A stretch of 57,677 nucleotides of DNA from Candidatus Falkowbacteria bacterium (GTDB lineage Bacteria > Patescibacteriota > Patescibacteriia > Patescibacteriales > UBA12465), in contig PWHG01000057.1 in the NCBI GenBank assembly GCA_003554785.1, positions 1 through 57,677 of the forward strand. The letters are read 5' to 3'. The translations under genes were made by a program, and so were the position numbers. Shown here in pieces: positions 27,937 through 37,963 of the stretch (position 1 is the stretch's first letter; each line of letters starts with the position of its first letter). The notes beneath the pieces were generated by a model, which saw only the letters and a program-made list of their open reading frames with translations, was not told the DNA's origin and ran no database searches.

Positions 27937-28009
27937 GGTGGCTAGAGGGAATCGAACCCTCACTTTCGGAACCACAATCCGATGTTCTAACCGTTGAACT
28001 ATAGCCACC
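27937..28009 (-). tRNA. tRNA-His(GTG)
   Basis: Encoded G-1 and C73, GTGGCTA/TAGCCAC acceptor, anticodon GTG. Confidence 0.95.
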
Positions 28010-28028
28010 ATATTTAATTACCTGTGTC

Positions 28029-28160
28029 TTAATTACATTTTCTTGGACAACTAGAGCAATCACAACCAAGTGGTAAATCATTAAAAATTTCTTCAGCTTC
28101 TTTTTGATTCTTTTTGTTTTTATTTTCTTCTTGTGTGTTTTTATTTTTTTCTTTTGTCAT
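28029..28160 (-). CDS. 43-aa small protein with C-terminal CxCxxCxxxC, not in the ORF track
   Basis: MTKEKNKNTQEENKNKKNQKEAEEIFNDLPLGCDCSSCPRKCN fills the inter-tRNA gap. Confidence 0.65.
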   Translation of the reverse strand: MTKEKNKNTQEENKNKKNQKEAEEIFNDLPLGCDCSSCPRKCN

Positions 28161-28180
28161 ATATTTAATATTTAAAAATG

Positions 28181-28252
28181 TACGCCCAGAGGGAATCGAA
28201 CCCCCATATCCAGCTTAGAAGGCTGGTGTTCTATCCATTGAACTATGGGCGC
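28181..28252 (-). tRNA. tRNA-Arg(TCT)
   Basis: GCGCCCA acceptor, loop CT-TCT-AA, GGTTCGATTCC. Confidence 0.95.
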
Positions 28253-28286
28253 TTTTACTTTATTGATATTACTAAATTAATTTTTT

Positions 28287-29066
28287 TCAGTCAACCAAAC
28301 CACCTCTTTGTCTTAAAACCTCAAAAGCAAAAACAGCCACACTAACAGATACATTTAAAGAATCTAGATCTTTTCTGATTGGAATTTTTACCAAACTATC
28401 TGCTTTTTTAAACCAAAAATCAGACAAACCAAAAGCTTCACTGCCAAAAATTAGAGCGGTTGATTTTTTGAAGTTAGTGTCGTAATAACTTTTTCTAGAT
28501 TTTGAGCTAGTAGCTAAAATATTTAATTTATTATTTTTTAACCAATTATACGTTTCTTCTTGTTTAGCTACAACAGTCTTAGTGCTAAACACCATACCTG
28601 TACTTGCTCTAATAACATTAGGATTGTAGGGATCAATTTTTTGATCATTTATTATAACTGCATCTGCTTTAACAGCACTAGCTGTTCTAATTATTGCTCC
28701 TAAATTACCTGGTTTTTCCAAACCTTCTAAAATGATAATAAACATTTCTTTTTTAGAATTAATGTCTTTTAAAGTAAAATTACTTGGTTTTACTAATGCT
28801 AACCAACCATCTGGGTTTTCTGGGTAGGCTATTTTTTTAAAAACTTTTTCACTTAATTGAGTTTTATTGAGTTTAAAATCATAATCTTCCTTAATTAACT
28901 CCGGACAAAAAAATAATTCTTGTATTTTAAAATTAGAGTTATAGGCCTCTTTAATTTCTCTTAAACCATCAACAAGTACCAATCCAGTCTTTTTTCTTTT
29001 ATTAGACTTTCTTAGTTTTATTAAATCCTTAATTTTTTGATTTTGAGTGCTTGTTATTTTTGACAT
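28287..29066 (-). CDS. TrmH/SpoU-family RNA 2'-O-methyltransferase
   Basis: PGNLGAIIRTA, IFGSEAFGL, DSLNVSVS. Confidence 0.92.
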   Translation of the reverse strand: MSKITSTQNQKIKDLIKLRKSNKRKKTGLVLVDGLREIKEAYNSNFKIQELFFCPELIKEDYDFKLNKTQLSEKVFKKIAYPENPDGWLALVKPSNFTLKDINSKKEMFIIILEGLEKPGNLGAIIRTASAVKADAVIINDQKIDPYNPNVIRASTGMVFSTKTVVAKQEETYNWLKNNKLNILATSSKSRKSYYDTNFKKSTALIFGSEAFGLSDFWFKKADSLVKIPIRKDLDSLNVSVSVAVFAFEVLRQRGGLVD

Positions 29067-29146
29067 ATCTCTAATTATAGCTTAATCTTTAATTTTTAAG
29101 CAAATCTTGATATAATATCTTTATATAAAACTTTTATTTTGTATAT

Positions 29147-32005
29147 ATGCCTGCTCCACACTTAAAACCAAAAACAATTCCTAAATCTGAATTTTGGAAA
29201 AGTAAACAAAAACCAAAAAAGAAAGGAAAAAATAATAAAAAAAAGTCTTGGAAAAAAAGGCTTTTATTAGCTTTTTTATTATTGCTTTTAATTGGTAGTG
29301 TTAGTATTTTTTTAATAATTGCTTGGCTTTCTCGTGATTTACCTAATCCTGACCAATTAATTGATAGAGAAATAGCACAAACCACTACTATATATGATAA
29401 AAGCGGTGAACATGTTTTATATGAACTTCATGGTGATGAAAAAAGAACTTTAATGGATTTAGATGATATACCGAACCATGTAAAACAATCTACTATAGCT
29501 ATAGAAGATAGAAATTTTTATCGTCATCGTGGTTTTAGTGTATGGGCAATTATGCGTACTCTTGCTACTAATTTACTGCGCGGACAAAGGGCTGGGGGTT
29601 CTACATTAACACAGCAATTTGTAAAAAATGCGATTTTAAGCCCTGAAAAAAAATACTCTCGTAAAATTAAAGAATTAGTTTTAGCTCAAAGAATTGAAAG
29701 TAGATTTTCTAAAGATGAAATACTGCAAATGTATTTAAATGAAATTCCTTATGGCTCTAATGCTTATGGTGTCGCTGCAGCCAGTCAAAAGTATTTTAAT
29801 AAAAATATTGTCGATATTAATATAGCTGAAGCAGCTATACTAGCCGCTCTACCACAAGCTCCTAGTTTTTATTCACCTTATGGTCCAAATAAGGATATTT
29901 TACTAGGCAGAAAGGATTACATCTTAAAAATCATGCATGAACAAGGCTATATTACAGAACAAGAAAAAAATGCGGCACAAAGTTATGATATTGAATTTGC
30001 TAAACCAGAAACAAACATTGAAGCCCCTCATTTTGTTATGTATGTTAGAAGTTTATTAGCTGAAACTTACGGAGAAAAAACAATTGAACAAGGAGGTTTA
30101 AAAATATATACCACTATTGACTGGGATTTACAAAAAAAAGCAGAAAGTATTGTAAAAGAAAAAATTAATGAATATGGAGAACAACATCAAGCTACTAATG
30201 CATCTTTAGTGAGTATTGATCCAAAAACCGGTCAAATTTTAGCCATGGTTGGCTCTTATGATTTTTTTAATAGCGATATTGATGGTCAAGTAAATATAGC
30301 TTTAAGTAATAGACAACCCGGTTCATCCCTAAAACCTTTAATATATGCTTCTTTATTTGAATTAGGTTACACTCCAAATACAATTTTATATGATGTAGAA
30401 ACAAATTTTTCCACAAATCCAAATCAATCATACATCCCTCGTAATTATGATAATCAAGAAAGAGGGCCCGTGGATATTAAAACTTCTTTAGCTAGTTCTT
30501 TTAATATACCAGCTGTAAAAGCTATTTATTTAGCTGACATAGAAAGAGTTTTGGATTTAGCAGAAAATATGCAATATAGCACCTTTAAAGATAGATCAAG
30601 ATTTGGATTAGCTTTAGTGTTAGGTGGAGGTGAAGTTAAATTATTAGAACATGTTAATGCCTACAGTGCTTTCGCTAGAGAAGGTATTTTAAATGAACAC
30701 GCTTCAATTTTAAGAGTTGAAGATAGAAATGGTGATATGTTAGAAGAGTATCAATCAAAGGAAAATAAAGTTCTAACTAAACAAAGTGCTAGAAAAATTA
30801 ATAGCATCTTAAAAAACGATCAAGCTAGAGCAATTACATTTGGATTAAATAGTTTATTAAATTTTTCTGACAGAGAAGTTGCAGTAAAAACAGGAACTAC
30901 TAATGATTTTCGTGATGCCTGGACAGTTGGTTACACACCCTCAATAGTCACTGGTGTCTGGGTTGGAAATAGTAATAATGATAAAATGGCCCGCGGAGCC
31001 GGCGGTAGTACTGTAGCAGCTCCTATATGGAAGGATTTTATGACCTATGTTCTTAAAGATCATCCCAAAGAAACTTTTAATACCCCAGAAGACATGAAAA
31101 CCGGTAAAGCTATTCTAGATGGTGAAATTGAAATTGAAAAAGATACTTATTTAGTTGATTCAATAACTGGATTTTTAGCTGATGAGAATACTCCAGAAGA
31201 ATTAATAGAAGAAATAGAAAGATATAAACATCACTCTATTTTACATTATGTAAATCGAGATGATCCATTAGGACCAAGACCTGATAATCCTGAAAATGAT
31301 ACTCAATACAATATTTGGGAGGAAGCTATTTCAGAGTGGGAAAAAGAAGATGAAGAGTTTGAAAATTTTCAAGTTCCTAAAAAAGGAGATGACTCAAGAT
31401 CACCAGAAAATATACCAAATTTAGAAATTATAAATCCAGGTGAAGGGGAAATTATAAATAGTAGTCAATTAATTGTTAACATAGAAGCTCAGGCTAATCG
31501 TGATATTGTTTTAACTGAATATTCAATAAACAATATTTTATGGGAAAGAAAATATCAATTACAAGAAGTTATAGCAAAAGATATTAGTTTCTTATCTAGT
31601 GGTAATCATCAATTAAAAATTAGGGTTTGTGATGATATTTATAATTGTCAATCTAAAACAGTTAATTTTATTTTAAATAATCCTAATGAAATAAATCTAG
31701 AAGAAGCGTCAGTTGATATAATTTATCCTTCTAGTGGGGTTAGTTTAAATGAAGTTGATTTTCCTTTAAATATAAATCTAAATTTAAATAGCCCATTGTC
31801 AATATCATCAATTAATCTATATCTTGAAAATAAAAATGAAGATAAAAAAGAATTATTAAATAATATTTTAATTGGAGATGAAAATGAAATAACATATAAT
31901 CTTGAAAATAAGCCAAGTTCTGGCAACTATAGTATTAGTGGAGAAATATTTACCTGGACTGATGAGAAAATAAAAATTGATCCAATAAATTTAATAATAA
32001 ATTAA
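29147..32005 (+). CDS. Class A penicillin-binding protein (PBP1A family) with C-terminal Ig-like domains
   Basis: AIEDRNF, GGSTLTQQ, RKIKE; QPGSSLKP, SFN, KTGT. Confidence 0.95.
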   Translation: MPAPHLKPKTIPKSEFWKSKQKPKKKGKNNKKKSWKKRLLLAFLLLLLIGSVSIFLIIAWLSRDLPNPDQLIDREIAQTTTIYDKSGEHVLYELHGDEKRTLMDLDDIPNHVKQSTIAIEDRNFYRHRGFSVWAIMRTLATNLLRGQRAGGSTLTQQFVKNAILSPEKKYSRKIKELVLAQRIESRFSKDEILQMYLNEIPYGSNAYGVAAASQKYFNKNIVDINIAEAAILAALPQAPSFYSPYGPNKDILLGRKDYILKIMHEQGYITEQEKNAAQSYDIEFAKPETNIEAPHFVMYVRSLLAETYGEKTIEQGGLKIYTTIDWDLQKKAESIVKEKINEYGEQHQATNASLVSIDPKTGQILAMVGSYDFFNSDIDGQVNIALSNRQPGSSLKPLIYASLFELGYTPNTILYDVETNFSTNPNQSYIPRNYDNQERGPVDIKTSLASSFNIPAVKAIYLADIERVLDLAENMQYSTFKDRSRFGLALVLGGGEVKLLEHVNAYSAFAREGILNEHASILRVEDRNGDMLEEYQSKENKVLTKQSARKINSILKNDQARAITFGLNSLLNFSDREVAVKTGTTNDFRDAWTVGYTPSIVTGVWVGNSNNDKMARGAGGSTVAAPIWKDFMTYVLKDHPKETFNTPEDMKTGKAILDGEIEIEKDTYLVDSITGFLADENTPEELIEEIERYKHHSILHYVNRDDPLGPRPDNPENDTQYNIWEEAISEWEKEDEEFENFQVPKKGDDSRSPENIPNLEIINPGEGEIINSSQLIVNIEAQANRDIVLTEYSINNILWERKYQLQEVIAKDISFLSSGNHQLKIRVCDDIYNCQSKTVNFILNNPNEINLEEASVDIIYPSSGVSLNEVDFPLNINLNLNSPLSISSINLYLENKNEDKKELLNNILIGDENEITYNLENKPSSGNYSISGEIFTWTDEKIKIDPINLIIN

Positions 32006-32015
32006 ATTATAATAT

Positions 32016-32050
32016 AAAAAAACAGATAAAAATTTTTATCTGTTTTTTTT
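32016..32050. terminator. Bidirectional intrinsic terminator
   Basis: A7-CAGATAAAAATTTTTATCTG-T8. Confidence 0.8.
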
Positions 32051-32061
32051 ATTTCTATTTT

Positions 32062-33174
32062 TTATTGTCTAATTGGCATTATTATATATAGGTAATTTTT
32101 TTCTTGTTTATTTTTTAATAAACAAGGTGTTTGTGGATCTATTAACTTTACAATTACATTTTCACTAGATAAATTATTTAAACCATCTAGTAAGTACCGA
32201 TAATTAACTGTTATATCATTTTTTTCACCTGTTATATTAGCTGGTAAGTTTATGTTTGTTTCTCCACTTTGACCAGAAGAAGAACTTATTATTACCTGTT
32301 TATCATCAACAACTATCATTACATCATTTATTCCGGTTTTAGTAAAAAGTGATGATGCTTTTATAGCTCTAATTAATTCTTCTTTATTTAATTCTACTTC
32401 AGTAGAATATTTATTAGGTATTATTTGTTTATAGTCAGGATAATTTCCATTTATTAATCTTGAAACTATGTTTACAGAATCAAAATCAAAAAGAATTTGA
32501 TTTTCAGAAAGACAGATTTTAATATCTTCTTTTTCATTATTAACAAAAGTATTTAATATTCTTAAAAGTTCTTGAATTGTTTTAATAGGAACAATTACTT
32601 TTTTATCTTTTAAATTATTTTTTTTAACTTCTATTGTTTTTTCTGCTAAACGGTAACTATCTGTAGCCGCTAAAGTTAAGTTATTATCATTAAAATCAAA
32701 CAATACACCTGACAGTTCAGGACGATTATCACCAACGGCAGCAGAAAATGATACTTTAGTTAAAATATCTTTAAAAGTAGATATATCTAATAAACAATAT
32801 TTATCTTCTTTTATTAAGGGTATTAAAGGAAAGTCTTTTGTTGTTTCACCTTTAATTTTAGTTTTATAATTATCACATTTAATTGATAAATTTTCATCTT
32901 TTTTTTCTATAGAAACTTTTTCCCCTGGTAATAAATTAATATAATCATTTATTATTTTTGACTCAACTGTATATTCACCTTCCTTTTCAACTTTACTCCT
33001 AAATTTATGAATTATTCCAATTTCTAAATTTGTACTAATTAATTCTACCTCATTACTTTTATGAGTTCTAATTAATATATTATTAAGAATAGGTAAATTA
33101 ATATTTTTTACACTTACATTTCCTACAATATTTAATCCTTTTTTTAAGTTGTCTTGTAAGCTTATAAATTTCAT
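32062..33174 (-). CDS. dnaN: DNA polymerase III beta clamp
   Basis: LPILNN, ATDSYRLA, SRLINGNYPDY, IIMPIR; follows dnaA. Confidence 0.97.
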   Translation of the reverse strand: MKFISLQDNLKKGLNIVGNVSVKNINLPILNNILIRTHKSNEVELISTNLEIGIIHKFRSKVEKEGEYTVESKIINDYINLLPGEKVSIEKKDENLSIKCDNYKTKIKGETTKDFPLIPLIKEDKYCLLDISTFKDILTKVSFSAAVGDNRPELSGVLFDFNDNNLTLAATDSYRLAEKTIEVKKNNLKDKKVIVPIKTIQELLRILNTFVNNEKEDIKICLSENQILFDFDSVNIVSRLINGNYPDYKQIIPNKYSTEVELNKEELIRAIKASSLFTKTGINDVMIVVDDKQVIISSSSGQSGETNINLPANITGEKNDITVNYRYLLDGLNNLSSENVIVKLIDPQTPCLLKNKQEKNYLYIIMPIRQ

Positions 33175-33394
33175 ATGTTTTTTTATTTAATATATATAAA
33201 ACAATAATAACAATAAGACCTGGGGAAATGTTGATAACTAAATTTTAGTTAATTAATTAGGGCTTATTTTTTATTATTAACTGTTAATTGTCATGTTAAT
33301 AAATAATCTATAAATATGTGGATAAATAATTAATTTTATTTTATTAACATTTAATGAACAAATTATTAACTCTCAATTAACAAGTTATCAATAA
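33175..33394. other. oriC: Replication origin (oriC) unwinding region
   Basis: dnaA-dnaN gap; perfect box TGTGGATAA 33317-33325, TGTTGATAA 33229-33237, several TTATTAACA-like boxes, trio-like repeats and AT tract. Confidence 0.85.
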
Positions 33395-34768
33395 CTAATT
33401 ATTAATTAATTGTTTAATAGATTCAACTTCTTGTTTCACTCTTTCATTATTATTTTCTTTTATCTCTTTGTTAATCTTATTATAAGCATGCATAGCGGTT
33501 GTATGATCTCTACCTCCCATTGCCTCTCCAATACCTGGGTATGATGATTGTAATTCTTCTCTTATTAAAAATATAGCAATTTGTCTTGGCCAAACTAATT
33601 CTTTTTTTCTTCCAACACCAGTTAATTCTTTATAATTGAGTTCATAAAATTTTGCTACTGCTTCTATAATTTCTTTAGGGGAGAGAGATTTGGTTTGAAT
33701 ATTTGAAACATAATCTCCTAAAACTTGTTTTACGCTTTTAAGATCTGGTGAAGTTTCACGCATTTGATGCCATACAATAATTTTATTTAAAGCACCTTCT
33801 AATTCTCTTATATTATTTTTAATATTGTTAGCTATATAATTAACTATTTCTTCATTTAAAGAATAATTTTTTTCTTTCAATTTAGTTTCAATAATAGCTA
33901 TTTTGGTTTCAATATCAGGTTTTCCCACGTCAGCAACCATTCCTGATTCAAATCTGGAAATTAGACGTTTTTCAATAGCAGGAATTGATTTTGGTGGTCT
34001 ATCAGATGTTAGAACAATTTGTTTATCACTTTGTTGTAGTTCATTAAAAGTATGGAAAAATTCTTCCTGGGTTCCATCTTTTCCACCCATAAACTGTACA
34101 TCATCAATTAATAATAAATCAACTTTACGATAAACATTTTTAAATTCTTTAGCTTTACCGGTGTGAACTGCTTGAATATAATTATTAGTAAATTTTTCAC
34201 TAGTAGTATATAAAACTTTATTAGTTTGTTTTATTATTTCATTACCAATTGCCTGAAGTAGATGTGTTTTTCCTAAACCAACACCACCATAAATAAAAAG
34301 CGGGTTATAAGACTTTCCTAGGTCTTTAACTACCGCTTGACAGGCTGCATAAGCTAATTCATTCCCTTTACCGACTATAAAAGTTTCAAATAAATATTTT
34401 GGATTTAAACCGAATTTTCCATTAGTGTTATTTTTATTAATATTAATATTTATTTTTTTATTTTCTGGTACTGATTCTTTTTCAATACCTAATATTTTTT
34501 CATTTGAATTATTAACTTTTTTTAATTCTACTTTATAAATTACTTCATTTATTTTTTTTTCTGTTATTCTTTCAAGAGAACTTAATATATTTTTATGATA
34601 TTTTTCTTCTAACCATTTTTTTACAAAAGCGCTTGGAACACCAATAACAACTTTATCATCATTAATTGAATCAAGAAAAGTGTCTTTAAACCATGTATTG
34701 AAATTTATCCTTGATAGGTTAACTTCAATTTCTCCTAAAACTGCTTCCCAAATTTGATCATTATTCAT
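33395..34768 (-). CDS. dnaA: Chromosomal replication initiator
   Basis: YNPLFIYGGVGLGKTHL, LLIDDVQF, NIRELEGAL, GGRDHTT. Confidence 0.98.
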   Translation of the reverse strand: MNNDQIWEAVLGEIEVNLSRINFNTWFKDTFLDSINDDKVVIGVPSAFVKKWLEEKYHKNILSSLERITEKKINEVIYKVELKKVNNSNEKILGIEKESVPENKKINININKNNTNGKFGLNPKYLFETFIVGKGNELAYAACQAVVKDLGKSYNPLFIYGGVGLGKTHLLQAIGNEIIKQTNKVLYTTSEKFTNNYIQAVHTGKAKEFKNVYRKVDLLLIDDVQFMGGKDGTQEEFFHTFNELQQSDKQIVLTSDRPPKSIPAIEKRLISRFESGMVADVGKPDIETKIAIIETKLKEKNYSLNEEIVNYIANNIKNNIRELEGALNKIIVWHQMRETSPDLKSVKQVLGDYVSNIQTKSLSPKEIIEAVAKFYELNYKELTGVGRKKELVWPRQIAIFLIREELQSSYPGIGEAMGGRDHTTAMHAYNKINKEIKENNNERVKQEVESIKQLINN

Positions 34769-34794
34769 ATAAAAGTAATTTATTTTCTTTTTAT

Positions 34795-34823
34795 ATTATA
34801 GAGAATAAATATAGAATAAACAA
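34795..34823 (-). promoter_or_regulatory. dnaA promoter
   Basis: TTGTTT-17-TATAAT. Confidence 0.55.
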
Positions 34824-34891
34824 GGGTGGTATATGTTCAAAAGATGTTAATAAAAAGGGGATAAGTTTTGAAATAATGGTTTTATAAAAGA

Positions 34892-34920
34892 TTGACCAAT
34901 AAAAATAATCGTGATAATCT
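34892..34920 (+). promoter_or_regulatory. rpmH promoter
   Basis: TTGACC-17-TAATCT with extended TG. Confidence 0.55.
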
Positions 34921-34949
34921 TATTTTAGTTTAAATAGTAATAGATATAT

Positions 34950-35087
34950 ATGCCGAAAAGAACTTATCAGCCTAATAATAGAAAAGCCCAAAAAAAGCAT
35001 GGATTTAGAAAAAGAATGAGTACTCAAGTGGGTAGGGCGATTATAAAAAAAAGGCGACAAAGACAAAGAAAGAAGTTAACTAAATAA
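34950..35087 (+). CDS. rpmH: 50S ribosomal protein L34, not in the ORF track
   Basis: [45 protein letters not shown]. Confidence 0.97.
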   Translation: MPKRTYQPNNRKAQKKHGFRKRMSTQVGRAIIKKRRQRQRKKLTK

Positions 35088-35098
35088 TCATTTGGCAA

Positions 35099-35440
35099 AT
35101 GTTGCCCCAAAAAAATCGACTAAAACTAAATAGCGATTTTTCTAAATTATTTAAAACCGGCCATAGTAATTATGGGCGGTTTATTGGAGTGAAAATAAAA
35201 GAAAATAATGAAGAACTAAATAAGTATGCCGTTGTAGTAAGCAATAAAATAAATAAAAGTGCTGTTAGAAGAAATTATATTAAGAGAAAAATAAAAGAGA
35301 AAATAAGAGAAATAGATAAAAGTTGTAAAAAAGGATTTAATTGTGTTATTATAGTTTTATCAGATATAAAAGAAGATGATTATTTAGAAGTAAAAAAAGA
35401 AATAATTAAAATTTTTACTAAATTAAAAATTATAAATTAA
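35099..35440 (+). CDS. rnpA: RNase P protein component
   Basis: [28 protein letters not shown]; synteny. Confidence 0.93.
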   Translation: MLPQKNRLKLNSDFSKLFKTGHSNYGRFIGVKIKENNEELNKYAVVVSNKINKSAVRRNYIKRKIKEKIREIDKSCKKGFNCVIIVLSDIKEDDYLEVKKEIIKIFTKLKIIN

Positions 35441-35441
35441 A

Positions 35442-35699
35442 ATGAAAAATCCATTTCGATATTATCCGCGTTATCTAGTAATTTTTATTATAAAAATATA
35501 TCAAAAAACATTATCTTTTGACCATGGACCACTTAAATTATTTTACCCCCATGGCTTATGCCGTTTTGCGCCAACTTGCTCTGAGTACGGTATTAAAGCA
35601 GTAGAAAAATACGGTATTTTTAAAGGTGGTTTTTTAACTGTTAAAAGAATTATAAAATGTAATCCATTTAATAAAGGTGGCCACGATCCTGTGCCTTAA
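35442..35699 (+). CDS. yidD: Membrane protein insertion efficiency factor
   Basis: [24 protein letters not shown]. Confidence 0.95.
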   Translation: MKNPFRYYPRYLVIFIIKIYQKTLSFDHGPLKLFYPHGLCRFAPTCSEYGIKAVEKYGIFKGGFLTVKRIIKCNPFNKGGHDPVP

Positions 35700-35709
35700 T
35701 CAAATCTAT

Positions 35710-36477
35710 ATGATACAATTTATTCTGCAAATATTTCACGTCTTATTTTTTCAACCAATTTTAAATTTATTAGTTTTTCTTTATAGTACAATATCTTTTC
35801 AAGATTTAGGTATAGCTATAATTCTTTTAACTATAATTATTAAAGCTGTCCTTTTCCCTTTATCTAAAAAATCAATAAAAATTCAAAAGTCAATGCAAGA
35901 GATTCAGCCAGAAATTGAAGAAATAAAGAAAAAATATAAAGACAATAAAGAAGAGCAAGGGAAAGCTTTAATGCAGTTATATAAAGATAAGAAAGTAAAT
36001 CCATTCTCTTCATGTTTACCCCTTTTAATTCAACTTCCCTTCTTAATCGCTGTATTTAGAGTATTTCGTAGTGGAGTAGATGAAAACTTAGATTTAGTTT
36101 ATCCATTTTTAAGTGATTTTCAACCTGAAAGTATAGATTATTTAGCTTTTGGTTTTTTTAATTTAGAAACACCAAGTATTGTAATGGCAGCATTAGCAGC
36201 CGGTGCTCAATTTTGGCAAGCTAAAATGATGTTGAAACGAAAAAAGAAAACAAAAGTAGTTACAAATTCTGATGATAAAGAAAATAAATCGGAAGGTATG
36301 GCAGAGATGATGAGCAAACAAATGCTTTATTTCATGCCTGTTATTACTATTATAATTGGTTCACAACTACCCGGCGGTTTAACTCTTTATTGGTTAGTAG
36401 TAACTTTATTAACAGGACTACAACAGCTCTATATATTTAAACAAACTAATCAAAGTGAAGAAATAAAAAAAGCATAA
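35710..36477 (+). CDS. yidC: Membrane protein insertase, short form
   Basis: AIILLTIIIK, NPFSSCLPLLIQLP, GLTLYW; ATG at 35710 preferred. Confidence 0.95.
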   Translation: MIQFILQIFHVLFFQPILNLLVFLYSTISFQDLGIAIILLTIIIKAVLFPLSKKSIKIQKSMQEIQPEIEEIKKKYKDNKEEQGKALMQLYKDKKVNPFSSCLPLLIQLPFLIAVFRVFRSGVDENLDLVYPFLSDFQPESIDYLAFGFFNLETPSIVMAALAAGAQFWQAKMMLKRKKKTKVVTNSDDKENKSEGMAEMMSKQMLYFMPVITIIIGSQLPGGLTLYWLVVTLLTGLQQLYIFKQTNQSEEIKKA

Positions 36478-36495
36478 ATTTATCTAATATTAAAT

Positions 36496-36525
36496 AAAAA
36501 ATCCACGTAATTAGTGGATTTTTTT
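36496..36525. terminator. Bidirectional terminator after yidC
   Basis: A6-TCCAC..GTGGA-T7. Confidence 0.75.
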
Positions 36526-36544
36526 ATTTATTCAAAATTATAAT

Positions 36545-37279
36545 TTAAAAAAGCCGGTTCTTTCCTACAATAACATTTAATTTATTTTTAACTAAACTAA
36601 TATTAGTAGGTAAATTAATAGATTTAGCATTATCAAGTGTTAGTTGAGCATCTCCATTTACTTTTACTTGGTCACATTGAAAATAACTTAAATCATTATT
36701 TTTACCATTGATTAAAATTTTTACTTTTTCCTTATTAAAATTAAAATCTTTATTTAATAATTGCGGGTTGTCATTAAGGTTGTAGATGTTTAAATGATTT
36801 TTTTCTTTTATTTCTATCTTAAAATCATTAATATCAAGGCCTATTTGTGGTTTGATAATTTCTGCTTTATTAATAAAAAAAGATTTTCCAGCTAGTCCAA
36901 TATTAATTTTTTCAATTCTTCTAGCTAAAATAGTGTTACAAGCCTCTTCTTCTTTTTCAATACCTAAAGATCTAGCAATAGATTGATTATCACCGATGGG
37001 TATTAAAGAAAAAAGAATATTTTTTAAAAATAAATCACTTAAACTGTCATCTACTAGGGCGCTTACCACTTTATTAGCAGTTTCATTGTTACCAACCGCA
37101 ATAATATTTTTAGCTCCGTTTCTTACCTCTTGGTGGACTAAAGAATTGATATTTTTTATTGAACCTAAGCGAATTATTTTTCCATTAAGTCCTAAGTCTG
37201 TAAGTCTAATTTCAATTTTATTAAGAACTCGATTGTAACGGCTTTTATTTAAAAAGTCGTCATAAACAAAAAGATTCAT
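36545..37279 (-). CDS. Diacylglycerol-kinase-like protein, degenerate
   Basis: IIAVGNNET, LIPIGDNQSIARSLGI, INIGLA..FIN follow the DAGK motif order. Confidence 0.6.
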   Translation of the reverse strand: MNLFVYDDFLNKSRYNRVLNKIEIRLTDLGLNGKIIRLGSIKNINSLVHQEVRNGAKNIIAVGNNETANKVVSALVDDSLSDLFLKNILFSLIPIGDNQSIARSLGIEKEEEACNTILARRIEKINIGLAGKSFFINKAEIIKPQIGLDINDFKIEIKEKNHLNIYNLNDNPQLLNKDFNFNKEKVKILINGKNNDLSYFQCDQVKVNGDAQLTLDNAKSINLPTNISLVKNKLNVIVGKNRLF

Positions 37280-37287
37280 AACTTAAT

Positions 37288-37701
37288 TTATTTATTACTA
37301 CTATTTTGTTCAGGTGTTTCCGGGTTTTTCTTTTCTTTTTCTTTGGGGTTTTCGGAATTAATAGTCATTTGACCTTTAACTAGAGCGCCCCTAGAGATTG
37401 AAATTTCTCCACACTCTACATCGCCAACAATTTTAGCTTTTTTTCCAATTGATAGGTAATTTTTAACTTTTAAATTCCCCTGAATTTCACCATTAATAAT
37501 AGCTTCCTTAGCTTCGACGTTGGCAGTTACCTTTGCTTTTTCACCGATCAATAAATTAGCGGCAGTTTTAAGAGATCCATCTAATTTTCCCTCAATTATT
37601 ACGTTTCCTTGACCATTAAAATTCCCTTTTACCTTTATTGAGGCGCCAATAATTGTTTCTGCATCCTTAAAATTTTCTAATTTTTTTTCTTTATTAAACA
37701 T
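37288..37701 (-). CDS. Bactofilin (CcmA family)
   Basis: ETIIG....VKGN, I.I.G...G repeats, IG..A.I.G.V. Confidence 0.9.
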   Translation of the reverse strand: MFNKEKKLENFKDAETIIGASIKVKGNFNGQGNVIIEGKLDGSLKTAANLLIGEKAKVTANVEAKEAIINGEIQGNLKVKNYLSIGKKAKIVGDVECGEISISRGALVKGQMTINSENPKEKEKKNPETPEQNSSNK

Positions 37702-37846
37702 AAATTTAATAATCATCTATTTAAGTAGATGTTAATTATTATTAATAATTTTATACTAATATTATTATATTTTAAATAAAGGATTTTGTAAAGACTATTG
37801 AAAAAAATATTTAAATAATATATAGTAATTATATTAAACCCATCAG

Positions 37847-37918
37847 GTCCCCATAGTTTAATGGATAAAACAAGAACCTCCTAAGTTCTAGATCTAGGTT
37901 CGATTCCTGGTGGGGACA
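37847..37918 (+). tRNA. tRNA-Arg(CCT)
   Basis: GTCCCCA/TGGGGAC acceptor, loop CT-CCT-AA. Confidence 0.95.
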
Positions 37919-37963
37919 CAAAAAAAGATATTTGTCAATATTATAACAGTAATATGCACAATA

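Larger units (their letters stand above)
26508..27943. mobile_element. Integrated islet at tRNA-His carrying a Fic gene; no integrase present
   Basis: TGGGTGGCT direct repeat at 26508-26516 and 27935-27943 equals the tRNA-His 3' end. Confidence 0.65.
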
